From a virus (lineage: Duplodnaviria > Caudoviricetes), in IMG/VR virus record IMGVR_UViG_2645727714_000001, positions 26,034-90,033 of that record: a stretch of 64,000 nt of DNA; one strand, 5' to 3'. A model generated the notes under the pieces. The model worked only from the letters and a program-made list of their open reading frames with translations. It was not told the DNA's origin and did not search any database. Below are positions 17,988-26,680 of this stretch, one piece after another. The position numbers were made by a program, and so were the translations under genes. Within the stretch, counting starts at the first letter, position 1; each line of letters opens with the position of its first letter.

Positions 17988-18329
17988 CTACCCGGTGGGA
18001 GTCACCCGGCGCAGGTCGCACACCACGTCAGCCGCATGCACCAGGTCAGTGGATGTGACGACGTCAACGACTACATATCGTGTTCCAGACGCTACATCAC
18101 GTATCCGATCGCCGCTAGAGAGTGAGACTCCCGGCCTAAACCTCCCCCGGGCCCGGCGCACCGTGCGCGGCTTGCCGGTGGCTCGGTCCCAGGTGGTGCG
18201 GGAGGTCTCCGTGATCACCGCCGGCAGCCCCCGATACGCCAGCACGTCCGCGTCCGCGGCGTCCCCGTAGGCGTCCGGCAACTCTCCGCGCAGCACGTCC
18301 ACCCGGTGCGTGGCCACGAACGCGCTCAC
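17988..18329 (-). CDS. head-to-tail stopper / closure protein
   Basis: DAYGD..., GDRIRD...Y.V; position. Confidence 0.65.
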   Translation of the reverse strand: MSAFVATHRVDVLRGELPDAYGDAADADVLAYRGLPAVITETSRTTWDRATGKPRTVRRARGRFRPGVSLSSGDRIRDVASGTRYVVVDVVTSTDLVHAADVVCDLRRVTPTG

Positions 18330-18778
18330 AGCGGAGTCCAGGTCTCGTCGTCGTGGTCGCGAACCTCGGTCCGCCGGGCCAGCGCGTCCCGCACGTCCGG
18401 TGGCACCTCGCCCTGGCCCTCACCAGCCACCCGCGCCGACCGCATCCGCCGCCACGACAGCCGGCGCAGCGCCCGGTCCGCCAGCGGGGCCAGTAGCCAG
18501 GCATCCGCGCTGGCCGGGGCGGCCCGCAGCCCGTCCTGGTCCAGGCTGGTCACGTCCGTGCGACTGAACACGTCCACCTGCGAGGCCATCCACGCGGCCT
18601 GGTAGGCCACCGCCATCCGCAGGTGCCGCACGTCCCGGGGCCGCACGGCGAGATCCGCCGCCGCCTCCTCGGTGGTGCCGGAGTAGAGGTCGATCACCGC
18701 CTGCGCCTGCGTGAGTTGGCCGTCCGTCACGGTCACCCCGGTGATCTGCTCGGTGTAGCTCGCCTCGGCCCACGGCAT
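18326..18778 (-). CDS. head-to-tail adaptor
   Basis: AVAYQAAW...LAPLA.RALRRLSW; position. Confidence 0.7.
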   Translation of the reverse strand: MPWAEASYTEQITGVTVTDGQLTQAQAVIDLYSGTTEEAAADLAVRPRDVRHLRMAVAYQAAWMASQVDVFSRTDVTSLDQDGLRAAPASADAWLLAPLADRALRRLSWRRMRSARVAGEGQGEVPPDVRDALARRTEVRDHDDETWTPL

Positions 18779-18779
18779 C

Positions 18780-19106
18780 TCAGATCACCCGCACCCGTCC
18801 GCTCGAGCGGCGCACCGGCCGCTCCTGCATGCCTCCGCTGGCCCGCACCCACACGTCATAGGTGCCGCGGGGCAGGGGCACCGCCCCCTCTGGCCCGACC
18901 AGTACCCGCGCGTGCCACAGGCCCAGGGCGCGCTCCCACTGCGCTGTCACCCACGCCTCGGGCGCTGGCACGGACCCGGGTCGGACGAACGCCAGCTCCG
19001 CGGCGATCCCGCGCGCCACCGGGTCCACGTCCACCCCGTCCGCCGTCATCACCCACGGCACCAGCACGTATTCGAGACTGTCCGCGGCCAACTCCAGCGG
19101 CTGCAT
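18780..19106 (-). CDS. BppU-like Ig-fold structural protein
   Basis: W.TAQW...ARVLVGP.G...GTYDVWVR..ERPV. Confidence 0.55.
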   Translation of the reverse strand: MQPLELAADSLEYVLVPWVMTADGVDVDPVARGIAAELAFVRPGSVPAPEAWVTAQWERALGLWHARVLVGPEGAVPLPRGTYDVWVRASGGMQERPVRRSSGRVRVI

Positions 19107-19117
19107 GCCCCCTCCGC

Positions 19118-20935
19118 TCAGGTCCACGGCGCACCCACCTGGCAGTGCGTCCAGAGCCAGCCCGTCCACAGCTCGACGTCGCCGGTGATCTCACCCTCGG
19201 CGGCCACCAGCACGGCAACGGCTCCGGCCTCCTCCGCCAGCGCCACCGCGCCCGCGCCGGACAGCGTGTCCGCGGCGCTGGCCGGGCCGGTCAGGTCCAG
19301 ACGGACGTCCAGGTCCGCCAGCACCGCGGCGCCCTCGGCCGCGTCATCGAGCGCCGCTGTGGCGCCGGCGGCCTCGCCGAACTCGACTAGGCCCGCCTCG
19401 GCGAGCGCCGCATCCACGGCCGCGCCGAGCTCCTGCCCGGCGACCCCGGCGTCGTCGAGCCCGGCGCTCGCACCTGCGGCCAGTCCGGCATCACCACCGG
19501 CCAGGTCCTCCAGCCTCACGGCCACCCCGTATGTCAGCCCGTCCGCCCCGACGCCAGCGTCGACCAGGGCCCCGGACGTCACCACCGCGAGCAGGTCCGT
19601 CCCGACCCCAGAATCGAGCAGCGAGGGCTGCCCCTCCTCCGAGACCACCAGCCCGTCCGCCCCCACGGCCCCGTCGCCGAGGCTCGCCCCGACCGAGGCA
19701 GTGGCGCTGTCCGCCCCGCTGCCCGCCTCGGGTAGCGGAGTGCCCACCGCGACGGTGAGCACCTGCGTGCCCGCGCCCCCGTCGGACAGTGCGCGGGGCT
19801 GGCCTGTCACCAGCGTGTCCGCGGCCGTCGCGGCGTCGGCGAGGCCGGGTGCCCCGGTGACGGCGACCGTGTCCTCGGCAATGCCCGCCTGGGTGAACCC
19901 TGCGACCTCTGCCGCCCCCAGGGCCTCTTCCGCGCCGGACCCATGATCAGCCAGGGCCAGCTGCTGCCAGGCGCTGAGGACCTCGACCACGCCTGCCTGC
20001 TCGGCCAGCGACACCTGCGCGGAGGCGGCGAGCGCCTCACCGCCAGCACCGGCGTCGGGCAGGTCCGAGCCCACCTGCCGAGTAAGCGCGTCCGTGGCGG
20101 CGGTCGCGTCCACGATGCCGCCCTGGCCGGCGACCGCCACCGCCTCGACTGACTGCCCGGCCTCCGCGGCTGGCGCGGTCCCCGCGGCGCCGAGGGTCTC
20201 GGCGGCCAGGGCGGCATCGACGGGGGTCACCTGCCCGGAGGCCGACAGTTCCTCACCAACTGCCCCGGCGTCCGCGATTCCGATCGGCGTGCCCACGCGC
20301 AGCACGTCCACCGTGCCGCCGGAGTCGGAGGTACTGACGGCCTGGCCGGCCGCCGTCAGTACCTCGGCGCCGGCGGCAGTCTCGGTCAGCGCCACGACGA
20401 TTCCCGCCACGTCCTGACCGTCCGTGGCCACCGCCGCATCAGTCAGCGCGCCGAGCGCCGCCGGGGGCACGAACGTCTCGGTGCCCGCGCCGGACTCGCC
20501 CAGCGCCGCCGTACCCGATGCGGTCAGCGCATCGGCACCTGCCGCGTTCTCCGTGGTACCGGACCCGGCCAGTGCGGTGAGCGCGTCGACGGCCATGCCG
20601 GCATCGGCCACGGCCGCGGGGGAAGGCTGAGCCGACAGCGCCTCCCCGCCCGCAGCGGCCTCGACCAGCCCGGCGCCGGCGGCAACGCCCGCTGCCTGGG
20701 TGCCGGTCCCGGCGTCGACGCTCGAGCAGTCCACCGCCGCGGTCAGGGCCCCTCCCGCCGTCGCGGCGTCGGCCGCGCTGGCCGTGATGTCCGCGGTCAG
20801 GACCTCGCCAGCGCTGGCCGGCTGAGACATGCCGGCGGCCACGACCACGGCCAGGACATCCGAGCCGGCACCTGTGTCCACCAGGCTCACGGCCACCTGC
20901 TGGAACTGCCAGCGCGGCATCAGCGGGAAGGGCAC
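19118..20935 (-). CDS. Ala/Gly/acidic 18-aa repeat protein, putative fibre
   Basis: about 30 imperfect repeats of [DE]-x-[GA]-x-[GA]-x-[DE]-x-L. Confidence 0.7.
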   Translation of the reverse strand: MPFPLMPRWQFQQVAVSLVDTGAGSDVLAVVVAAGMSQPASAGEVLTADITASAADAATAGGALTAAVDCSSVDAGTGTQAAGVAAGAGLVEAAAGGEALSAQPSPAAVADAGMAVDALTALAGSGTTENAAGADALTASGTAALGESGAGTETFVPPAALGALTDAAVATDGQDVAGIVVALTETAAGAEVLTAAGQAVSTSDSGGTVDVLRVGTPIGIADAGAVGEELSASGQVTPVDAALAAETLGAAGTAPAAEAGQSVEAVAVAGQGGIVDATAATDALTRQVGSDLPDAGAGGEALAASAQVSLAEQAGVVEVLSAWQQLALADHGSGAEEALGAAEVAGFTQAGIAEDTVAVTGAPGLADAATAADTLVTGQPRALSDGGAGTQVLTVAVGTPLPEAGSGADSATASVGASLGDGAVGADGLVVSEEGQPSLLDSGVGTDLLAVVTSGALVDAGVGADGLTYGVAVRLEDLAGGDAGLAAGASAGLDDAGVAGQELGAAVDAALAEAGLVEFGEAAGATAALDDAAEGAAVLADLDVRLDLTGPASAADTLSGAGAVALAEEAGAVAVLVAAEGEITGDVELWTGWLWTHCQVGAPWT

Positions 20936-20944
20936 AGCCGGCCC

Positions 20945-22423
20945 CTACCGCTGGTTGACCAGGATGCGCGATACCCGGATCTGCTTGGCCGAGGCGGCCA
21001 GCGTGGTCACACTCGCCTGGTAGCCGAGCTGGGTGAACGCGCTCGGGATGGTGACGCTGTGGGTCGCGACAAGGACGTCCCCGACCCAGAAGCGCACGAC
21101 GCTGGCGGCCCAGTTCAGCTCCGCGCGCAGCTCGTAGGTGGTCACCGCGGCGATCGCTGCGATGGTGACCGTGACGGTGGCGTTGGTGCCGTCGCAGGTA
21201 ACCGTGCGCCAGTAGGACGTGCCGTCGATCGCAGAGTCGTAACGGAAGTAGATCCCCGTGGCGGTCGACGCGCCGCTCGCGGCCGGGCCCGCGCCGCTGG
21301 AGCGGTCCGCGGTGACCAGGCCGACGACATAGCGAGTGCTGGCTACGGAGGTGTTGTCTGTCTGGATCTTGCCGTAGAAGTAGGGCAGCGAGCTGGTGCG
21401 CAGGTGGGTGTAGTTCGGGCTCGTGACCCCGCCGACGCTTCCCGCGGTCGCAGCCGTGGTGAACAGGGCGAAGTTGCTTTCGATGGTGTCGGCGCCGCCC
21501 GCGGTCGCGGCGGTCAGCGTCGGCGCCGGGCAGCCGATTGTCTGGAAGGTGGACGCGCCGCCGGAGGCATGGATGCCCCAGGTGATCCGCCTCGATGGCG
21601 CCCCGAGCTCCTCCTGGTGCCCCGAGGAGGTACGCAGCATGAGCCGCCCGGCCCGTGACCACAGCACCACGCCCGCACGGGTCGCGAATGCGTTCTCGGC
21701 CGTATGGGAGCCATCCGGGTTCGAGCTCGGCGGGGTGTCGGCGTCCCCCAGGGCCAGCACGTCGATCCCGCCGCCCGGGTCGCCCTGGGCCATCCGCACG
21801 CCGCCGTAGGAGTTCGCCGCGAACCGGCGGTCGAACACTCCGACGGCCGTGAACAGAAGGTCGTTCGGGTCAGCGGAGTACAGACCCGCGCCGCCGAATG
21901 GCGCGACGCCGAAGATGACCGCGCCCCGGAAGTCGCGCACGAGTAGCAGCTGGCGACTGGAGCCTTCTCGGCCTCGGATGACCACGCCATCCCTGGAGCC
22001 GTCCGGGAGTAGAAAATTCCAGACGCCCTCGTTCGAGCTCCCCGTGCCTCCCAGGACCCGCTGGACCGTGCCGCCGGAGACGTAGGTGCCCGACCCTGTG
22101 GCGGCCGAGAGGGTGAAGGCGGTGTTGCTAGTGATCGCGGCGATGGTGCGGACGCCGTTGACACCGGAGATGCCGGTGGCGCCCGAGATGGTCACCACGT
22201 CACCCGCGCCGTAGCCGTGGCTGGCGGACGTGGTGATCGTGACGGTGGAGGTTCCGGCGACTCCGGAGATTGCCAGAGGCGCCTCGCCGGAGATGATCGT
22301 TCCGTCCGCGAGCACCCCGGCGCGGGCTGCGATGTCCCCGGGCAGGCGCGTGTCCCATACGCGGGCGGTGATCGCGGAGGCCACCCGGCCGGCGAACGCG
22401 GTTACCGCGCGGGTCAGCGGCAT
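20945..22423 (-). CDS. fibre or receptor-binding-like structural protein
   Basis: VTITTSASHGYGAGDVVTISG...NG..TI...F beta module and a Thr/Gly-rich C-terminal beta-sandwich-like region. Confidence 0.6.
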   Translation of the reverse strand: MPLTRAVTAFAGRVASAITARVWDTRLPGDIAARAGVLADGTIISGEAPLAISGVAGTSTVTITTSASHGYGAGDVVTISGATGISGVNGVRTIAAITSNTAFTLSAATGSGTYVSGGTVQRVLGGTGSSNEGVWNFLLPDGSRDGVVIRGREGSSRQLLLVRDFRGAVIFGVAPFGGAGLYSADPNDLLFTAVGVFDRRFAANSYGGVRMAQGDPGGGIDVLALGDADTPPSSNPDGSHTAENAFATRAGVVLWSRAGRLMLRTSSGHQEELGAPSRRITWGIHASGGASTFQTIGCPAPTLTAATAGGADTIESNFALFTTAATAGSVGGVTSPNYTHLRTSSLPYFYGKIQTDNTSVASTRYVVGLVTADRSSGAGPAASGASTATGIYFRYDSAIDGTSYWRTVTCDGTNATVTVTIAAIAAVTTYELRAELNWAASVVRFWVGDVLVATHSVTIPSAFTQLGYQASVTTLAASAKQIRVSRILVNQR

Positions 22424-22424
22424 C

Positions 22425-22865
22425 TCAGGTCCACTCGGCGACTCGCGCCGCCCCGTCGGCCGCGGACCAGATCCCCGAGACGATCCCGGTGTACCGGGCG
22501 GGCAGCTCGTAGTAGTCCCCGGGGCCGAGCGCGACCGTGTAGGACGTGGCCGTCACGGTGCCGGCGCCCACCCGCAGGTAGAGCGTGGCGGTGGACTCGT
22601 TGGTGATCGCGGCCCCGATGCGGGCGGTGTTGGCCGCCAGGACGGTGACCGCACTGGCGGAGGCGGCGACGTTGGTGTGCGTGCCGGTGCTGGCGGCCCG
22701 CTCGCGCACCGCGAGGTTGCCCGCGGCGTCCACCCCGGCTACGCGCCCCGGGGTGATCCCGTCTCCGAGGGTGACGGTCTGCTGGAGCTCGCCGCCGACA
22801 TCCTGGGCGTCGAGGGTCTTGGTGGTGTCGGCGGCGTCCTTCGCGCTGATGTTGGAGTCGGCCAT
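22425..22865 (-). CDS. putative virion decoration protein
   Basis: VLAANTAR....ITN....LYL..G...Y.VAL.PG.YYE...YTG..SGIW. Confidence 0.55.
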   Translation of the reverse strand: MADSNISAKDAADTTKTLDAQDVGGELQQTVTLGDGITPGRVAGVDAAGNLAVRERAASTGTHTNVAASASAVTVLAANTARIGAAITNESTATLYLRVGAGTVTATSYTVALGPGDYYELPARYTGIVSGIWSAADGAARVAEWT

Positions 22866-22875
22866 GCCGCCCCCG

Positions 22876-23526
22876 CTACGTGAAGCTGAGAGTCGCGGTG
22901 GCGGTCCAGGTCTGCCCGGCGGCCTTGGTGCCCTGGGCGATCGACGTGGCGTGGTTGAGCAGCGGCGCGGTCACCGTCGCGCCGGACGCGGTGCCGGCAT
23001 CCAGGCCCATCTCGTTCCACGCGAAGTTGCCGTCGGAGCCGCCGAACACGGCCACGTAGGTCAACGTCTTGGGCACGGTGCCGCCCACCGTCGGTCCGCC
23101 TGTGCTTGCGGTGACGAGCTGGAACCAGCGGTTGGCCGCGCCCGAGGCCGCCGCGAGGTCGGTGTCCGCGGCCACCGCCGGCACCGAGCCCCCGCCCGCC
23201 GTCACGGTGCCGTTGCCCACCCCGATGCGCGTGTGAGTGTTGTCGTAGGCCTGCCCGCCCAGGCCGCCAGCCAGGTTGAGCAGCCTGGTCCACCCGGCGG
23301 TGCACAACACGTTGCCCAGGTGCTCGGTCACCGCGTACGGCGCCACCCGCAGGCGCGCGAAGTCCCGGTCCGTCGGCGCCCGGTCCAGCCGGAGCGTCGC
23401 CCACCGGGTGGCGTCCGCGCCCCAGCGCTCGACCCGCCACAGCGTGGTGGCCCGCCCATCACCGGGGAGGGGGATGCCGGCACCGGCCGCCAGCGCGCCG
23501 CCGGCGTGACCGTGATCGAGGGTCAC
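22876..23526 (-). CDS. putative virion structural protein
   Basis: IGVGNG...A.DTDL...F....NFAWNEMG...LLNH motif typical of fibre-base proteins. Confidence 0.6.
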   Translation of the reverse strand: MTLDHGHAGGALAAGAGIPLPGDGRATTLWRVERWGADATRWATLRLDRAPTDRDFARLRVAPYAVTEHLGNVLCTAGWTRLLNLAGGLGGQAYDNTHTRIGVGNGTVTAGGGSVPAVAADTDLAAASGAANRWFQLVTASTGGPTVGGTVPKTLTYVAVFGGSDGNFAWNEMGLDAGTASGATVTAPLLNHATSIAQGTKAAGQTWTATATLSFT

Positions 23527-23867
23527 GACTGCTCCACTTCGGCCTGGGCGGCCTCGCGCGGGTCCGCGAGCTCCACCGGCACCGCGTAGGTGAGCACGGT
23601 GTGCCGGCCGTCCCGGTGCGGTTCCTCGCTGACCAGGCGGGCCTCCCCGGCCGGGCGCAGCCCGGCGAAAACGGCCTCATGCGTGGTGCCGGCCTGGTTG
23701 GGGCCGTGGTCGAAGCCCTCGCCGTAGGAGCGGGCGTCCACCACGAACTGCCGGCGGAACTCCCGAGCCTGCCCGGCCCGTTCGGGCTCGTCCCGTCCCC
23801 GGCGGGCGATCACCTGCTCGGCGCTCTCGCCGCGAGGGGTCTCGGCGCTGGCCTGCCGGGTGGCCAT
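23523..23867 (-). CDS. hypothetical protein downstream of capsid
   Basis: TGATG coupling to the capsid gene. Confidence 0.6.
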   Translation of the reverse strand: MATRQASAETPRGESAEQVIARRGRDEPERAGQAREFRRQFVVDARSYGEGFDHGPNQAGTTHEAVFAGLRPAGEARLVSEEPHRDGRHTVLTYAVPVELADPREAAQAEVEQS

Positions 23868-24781
23868 CAGCGGGTGTCTTCCATGATCGCGAAAGCGCCC
23901 GGGTGGCCGATCGTGAACCCGCGCCGTGAGCGCATCTTCAGGATCGACTCGTCGGACAGGAAGCCGATGCCGGTGTCGCCGGACACCATCCGGGACTCCG
24001 GCCCCGAGCGCATGCCCAGCTTGAGCATGGTCCGGTTGCCCACGATCATCAGCGGGTTGCCGCCAGGCCGGGCGGTGTTGATCGCCGAGGTCCGCGCGCC
24101 CATGCTCCAACGCACCGGCAGCTCGAACAGCGTGTCCGGGGTGCCCTCGCGGCCACTGATGAAGATCGGACGGCCGGAGTCGTCCTTGATGCCGCGGAAG
24201 TTCTTCCGAAAGGTCGGGTGCGCGAGCACGAGGACCTCGTCCTCGGCCCAGTAGTCCGAGTTCTCCACCAGGTTGACCGTTTCGGACAGCGCGTCGTACG
24301 AGGGACCGCCGCTCCCGGTCGCGGTGTAGTTGCTGTTGGCCACGTAGCCGACGTCCGGGTCATCGGTGCGGATCGCCCGGTAGACGCTGGTGAACAGGAC
24401 CGTGGTCCCGTTCTCCGCGCCGGTGCAGCCCAGGGTGGAGTTATCCAGGTACTTGGCGTACGAGGTCGCCCAGTCCCGCTGCTTGACCTGGATGATCGCC
24501 ACGGGGGAGTCCGCGAGGTCCTCATCCGCGATGCGGATGGCCTTGCCCATCTTGCGGGCGGTCAGCAGCACCTCGTCGTTGAGCGAGACGTCCTCGCCGT
24601 AGGTCTGCCCCTTGCCGACGCCCTCGACCTCCACGCCGCCGGAGCGGGGGATGGTGCGGGTGTCGGTGCCCATCGGGACGCGCAGCGCCACGTCCTCGAC
24701 CACGGACATCTGGCGGATGCGCTGGATGACATCGGAGTCCTGCTCCTCCGGAATCCAGTCGTCGAAGATCGTGCGAGCCAC
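23867..24781 (-). CDS. major capsid protein (HK97 fold)
   Basis: WIPEE..., KDDSGRPIF, LFELPV, RRGF.IGHP.AFA; GAAAGG RBS. Confidence 0.9.
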   Translation of the reverse strand: MARTIFDDWIPEEQDSDVIQRIRQMSVVEDVALRVPMGTDTRTIPRSGGVEVEGVGKGQTYGEDVSLNDEVLLTARKMGKAIRIADEDLADSPVAIIQVKQRDWATSYAKYLDNSTLGCTGAENGTTVLFTSVYRAIRTDDPDVGYVANSNYTATGSGGPSYDALSETVNLVENSDYWAEDEVLVLAHPTFRKNFRGIKDDSGRPIFISGREGTPDTLFELPVRWSMGARTSAINTARPGGNPLMIVGNRTMLKLGMRSGPESRMVSGDTGIGFLSDESILKMRSRRGFTIGHPGAFAIMEDTR

Positions 24782-25037
24782 GGCGGGCGCCTTTCGGTGC
24801 GGATGGGTGAGTGATTCGCCCATCCGGGCGTCCTGCCGTGCGCTCCACCTGGAGCCGTGGTGCCGGTGCCTCCGCTCGCCGCGCTCATCCGGGCGCCAGC
24901 GAGACGTGCCGTCGATCCGTCACGGATCTGGCGGTGATGCTAACTCTCTGTTGCGGCCCTGTCGAGGTAGTGGAAGGTGTGCGGGGCGGGTGTGACCCAA
25001 TGGTGACGACGTGCACCAAGTGTGGCAATCTGGGTGC

Positions 25038-26177
25038 ATGGCGGATGTCGATCGGGGGACTCGGTTCCAGGGCGCGAACCGGTTCACCGGCGAGGAGGTG
25101 GCGGAGCTTGCCACCGCCTACCCGAATCTCGCTGACACTCGTCGCTTGCTCGATAGGGCTGGATTTCATTTCCCCGATCTCCCGCAAGTTTGGCAGATTT
25201 GGTTTGAAGTGATTGCCGGTGTCGAAGATGGCACATTGAGAGACGGGAGGGAAAAGATTCTTGGAGTGGCACATCAAGAATTTCCCGAAAATCCCGTCTT
25301 TCGGCGCGGAACCCTTTTGAGTAAACTTGGTACTCAAGGCGTAAACCTGGTTGATTCAAATGTTTTCATGGAGGTGGCGACCTCTCCTTTCGCGGAGCTG
25401 GCGAATCTTTGGAGTGCCTCCCATTTTGCGTGGCAAAATAGACCGCAGGAAACGGAAGCCCCGCTCCATCGGAGGCGTATCGAGGCGTTCGTGCTCAGGA
25501 ATCCGGGTCTTGGCTCTGGGCCGGTTTCGGTCGTTATTTGGGGCGGAGATACGGGTGCACGGGAGAGTCCGCCGAGCGATCCGCCGCCCCCGCGAGGAAA
25601 CGTGGGGGGGCGGCGCGCTAGGCGCGCTTCGTTTGAATTTGAAAGTGATTACCGCCATCGGCTACCGCTGGAATTGCAACTCCTGCGGGCTCAGGTCGCA
25701 AGGGAACGTGCGCTTCTCGGTAAGCTTTCTGAGGAACGCCAGAGGCTCGCAGCGCAGCTGGCCGGAGAGGGTGAGCTGCTCGCTGAGATATCCAGAGAGC
25801 GGCAGCGCATCCAGCTCCTATCTGCCGACGAGGCGGGGCGGTATTCACCTACCTCGAGTGTCGACGAAATTGGGTCGACTGATAATCCGTCGAATGCGGA
25901 CGGTCAACGGGATTCGCTCGGGCCCGCATCGCCGCAAGGAGGCTTTTTCAAAAAGATCCTCGGTTCGGCGCTCCGTGCTTTGCGTTTCTCTCTCCCAGTC
26001 AGGCCACAGCCTCCTACGCTGCCGCGCGAGCCTGATCAAGGCGAGGTTTCGGCTAACCTCCATGCAATTCTAACTAAGATCGAAAACGAACTTGACGGTC
26101 AGTTCCAACGCTTCGGTGAGCTCGTGGCCGAGGAGTCTTCCTACACTACTACGAGTCATGAGGATCCAAGACGGTGA
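25038..26177 (+). CDS. EAD1-like (effector-associated domain) plus coiled-coil protein, moron
   Basis: ELATAYP...RRLLDRAGF....P..W.EV...VEDG....GR.KIL..A..EFPENPVF resembles actinobacterial EAD1; low GC; antisense to the late operon. Confidence 0.65.
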   Translation: MADVDRGTRFQGANRFTGEEVAELATAYPNLADTRRLLDRAGFHFPDLPQVWQIWFEVIAGVEDGTLRDGREKILGVAHQEFPENPVFRRGTLLSKLGTQGVNLVDSNVFMEVATSPFAELANLWSASHFAWQNRPQETEAPLHRRRIEAFVLRNPGLGSGPVSVVIWGGDTGARESPPSDPPPPRGNVGGRRARRASFEFESDYRHRLPLELQLLRAQVARERALLGKLSEERQRLAAQLAGEGELLAEISRERQRIQLLSADEAGRYSPTSSVDEIGSTDNPSNADGQRDSLGPASPQGGFFKKILGSALRALRFSLPVRPQPPTLPREPDQGEVSANLHAILTKIENELDGQFQRFGELVAEESSYTTTSHEDPRR

Positions 26178-26662
26178 CCGCCTCCCATGAGACATCGACC
26201 GCCACCGTCCCGGGTCTGGATTCGCTCGATGTCGGAAGACTCTATGACGCCAGCCTTATTGAGAGGCTCAGTCGCAAGGACCCTGAGGTTCGCGCGTTCG
26301 TCATGGAGCGCATGAAGGCCGAGCACGACAGCCTCATCGAACAGCGCCGCGAGCGGACCCGCCGGGCAGGCAGTGAGGCGAGTCACCGGTACCGGCAAGC
26401 CTGGGCGGAGATAGGTGTTCGTGTAGCCGGGATCGGCTTAGGCTTCGCTGCCGTCATAAATCTCTCGGCGCTCGCCAAGCACTACAGCGACATCGGCCAA
26501 GCCGGCTACGGCGTCCTCATCGTCACGAGCGGCGCCGTGGCGATCGCCGGCATCTTCGTCCTCGGCAAGTTCGTCGGCCGCATGCCGCGAGTTCCGATCA
26601 ACACACAGAGTCCGCCGCCGGTCGACCCCAGCGCCAACGGAGGCGGCCCGGCCGCACCCTGA
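26174..26662 (+). CDS. two-TM membrane protein, moron partner
   Basis: GTGA coupling; two hydrophobic helices; one TTA codon at 26438. Confidence 0.7.
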   Translation: MTASHETSTATVPGLDSLDVGRLYDASLIERLSRKDPEVRAFVMERMKAEHDSLIEQRRERTRRAGSEASHRYRQAWAEIGVRVAGIGLGFAAVINLSALAKHYSDIGQAGYGVLIVTSGAVAIAGIFVLGKFVGRMPRVPINTQSPPPVDPSANGGGPAAP

Positions 26663-26677
26663 GCGACCGGGCCGCCG
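26643..26677. terminator. hairpin between the convergent moron and scaffold genes
   Basis: GGCGGCCCGG ... CCGGGCCGCC. Confidence 0.5.
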
Positions 26678-26680
26678 CCC

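Noticed and set aside
8541-23526. Diversity-generating retroelement or invertible tail-fibre cassette
   Set aside because: No reverse transcriptase, serine invertase or TR/VR repeat pair noticed by eye
26438-26440. bldA-type developmental control via a TTA codon
   Set aside because: A single TTA in a low-GC imported gene is explained by its composition, and the host genus is not established
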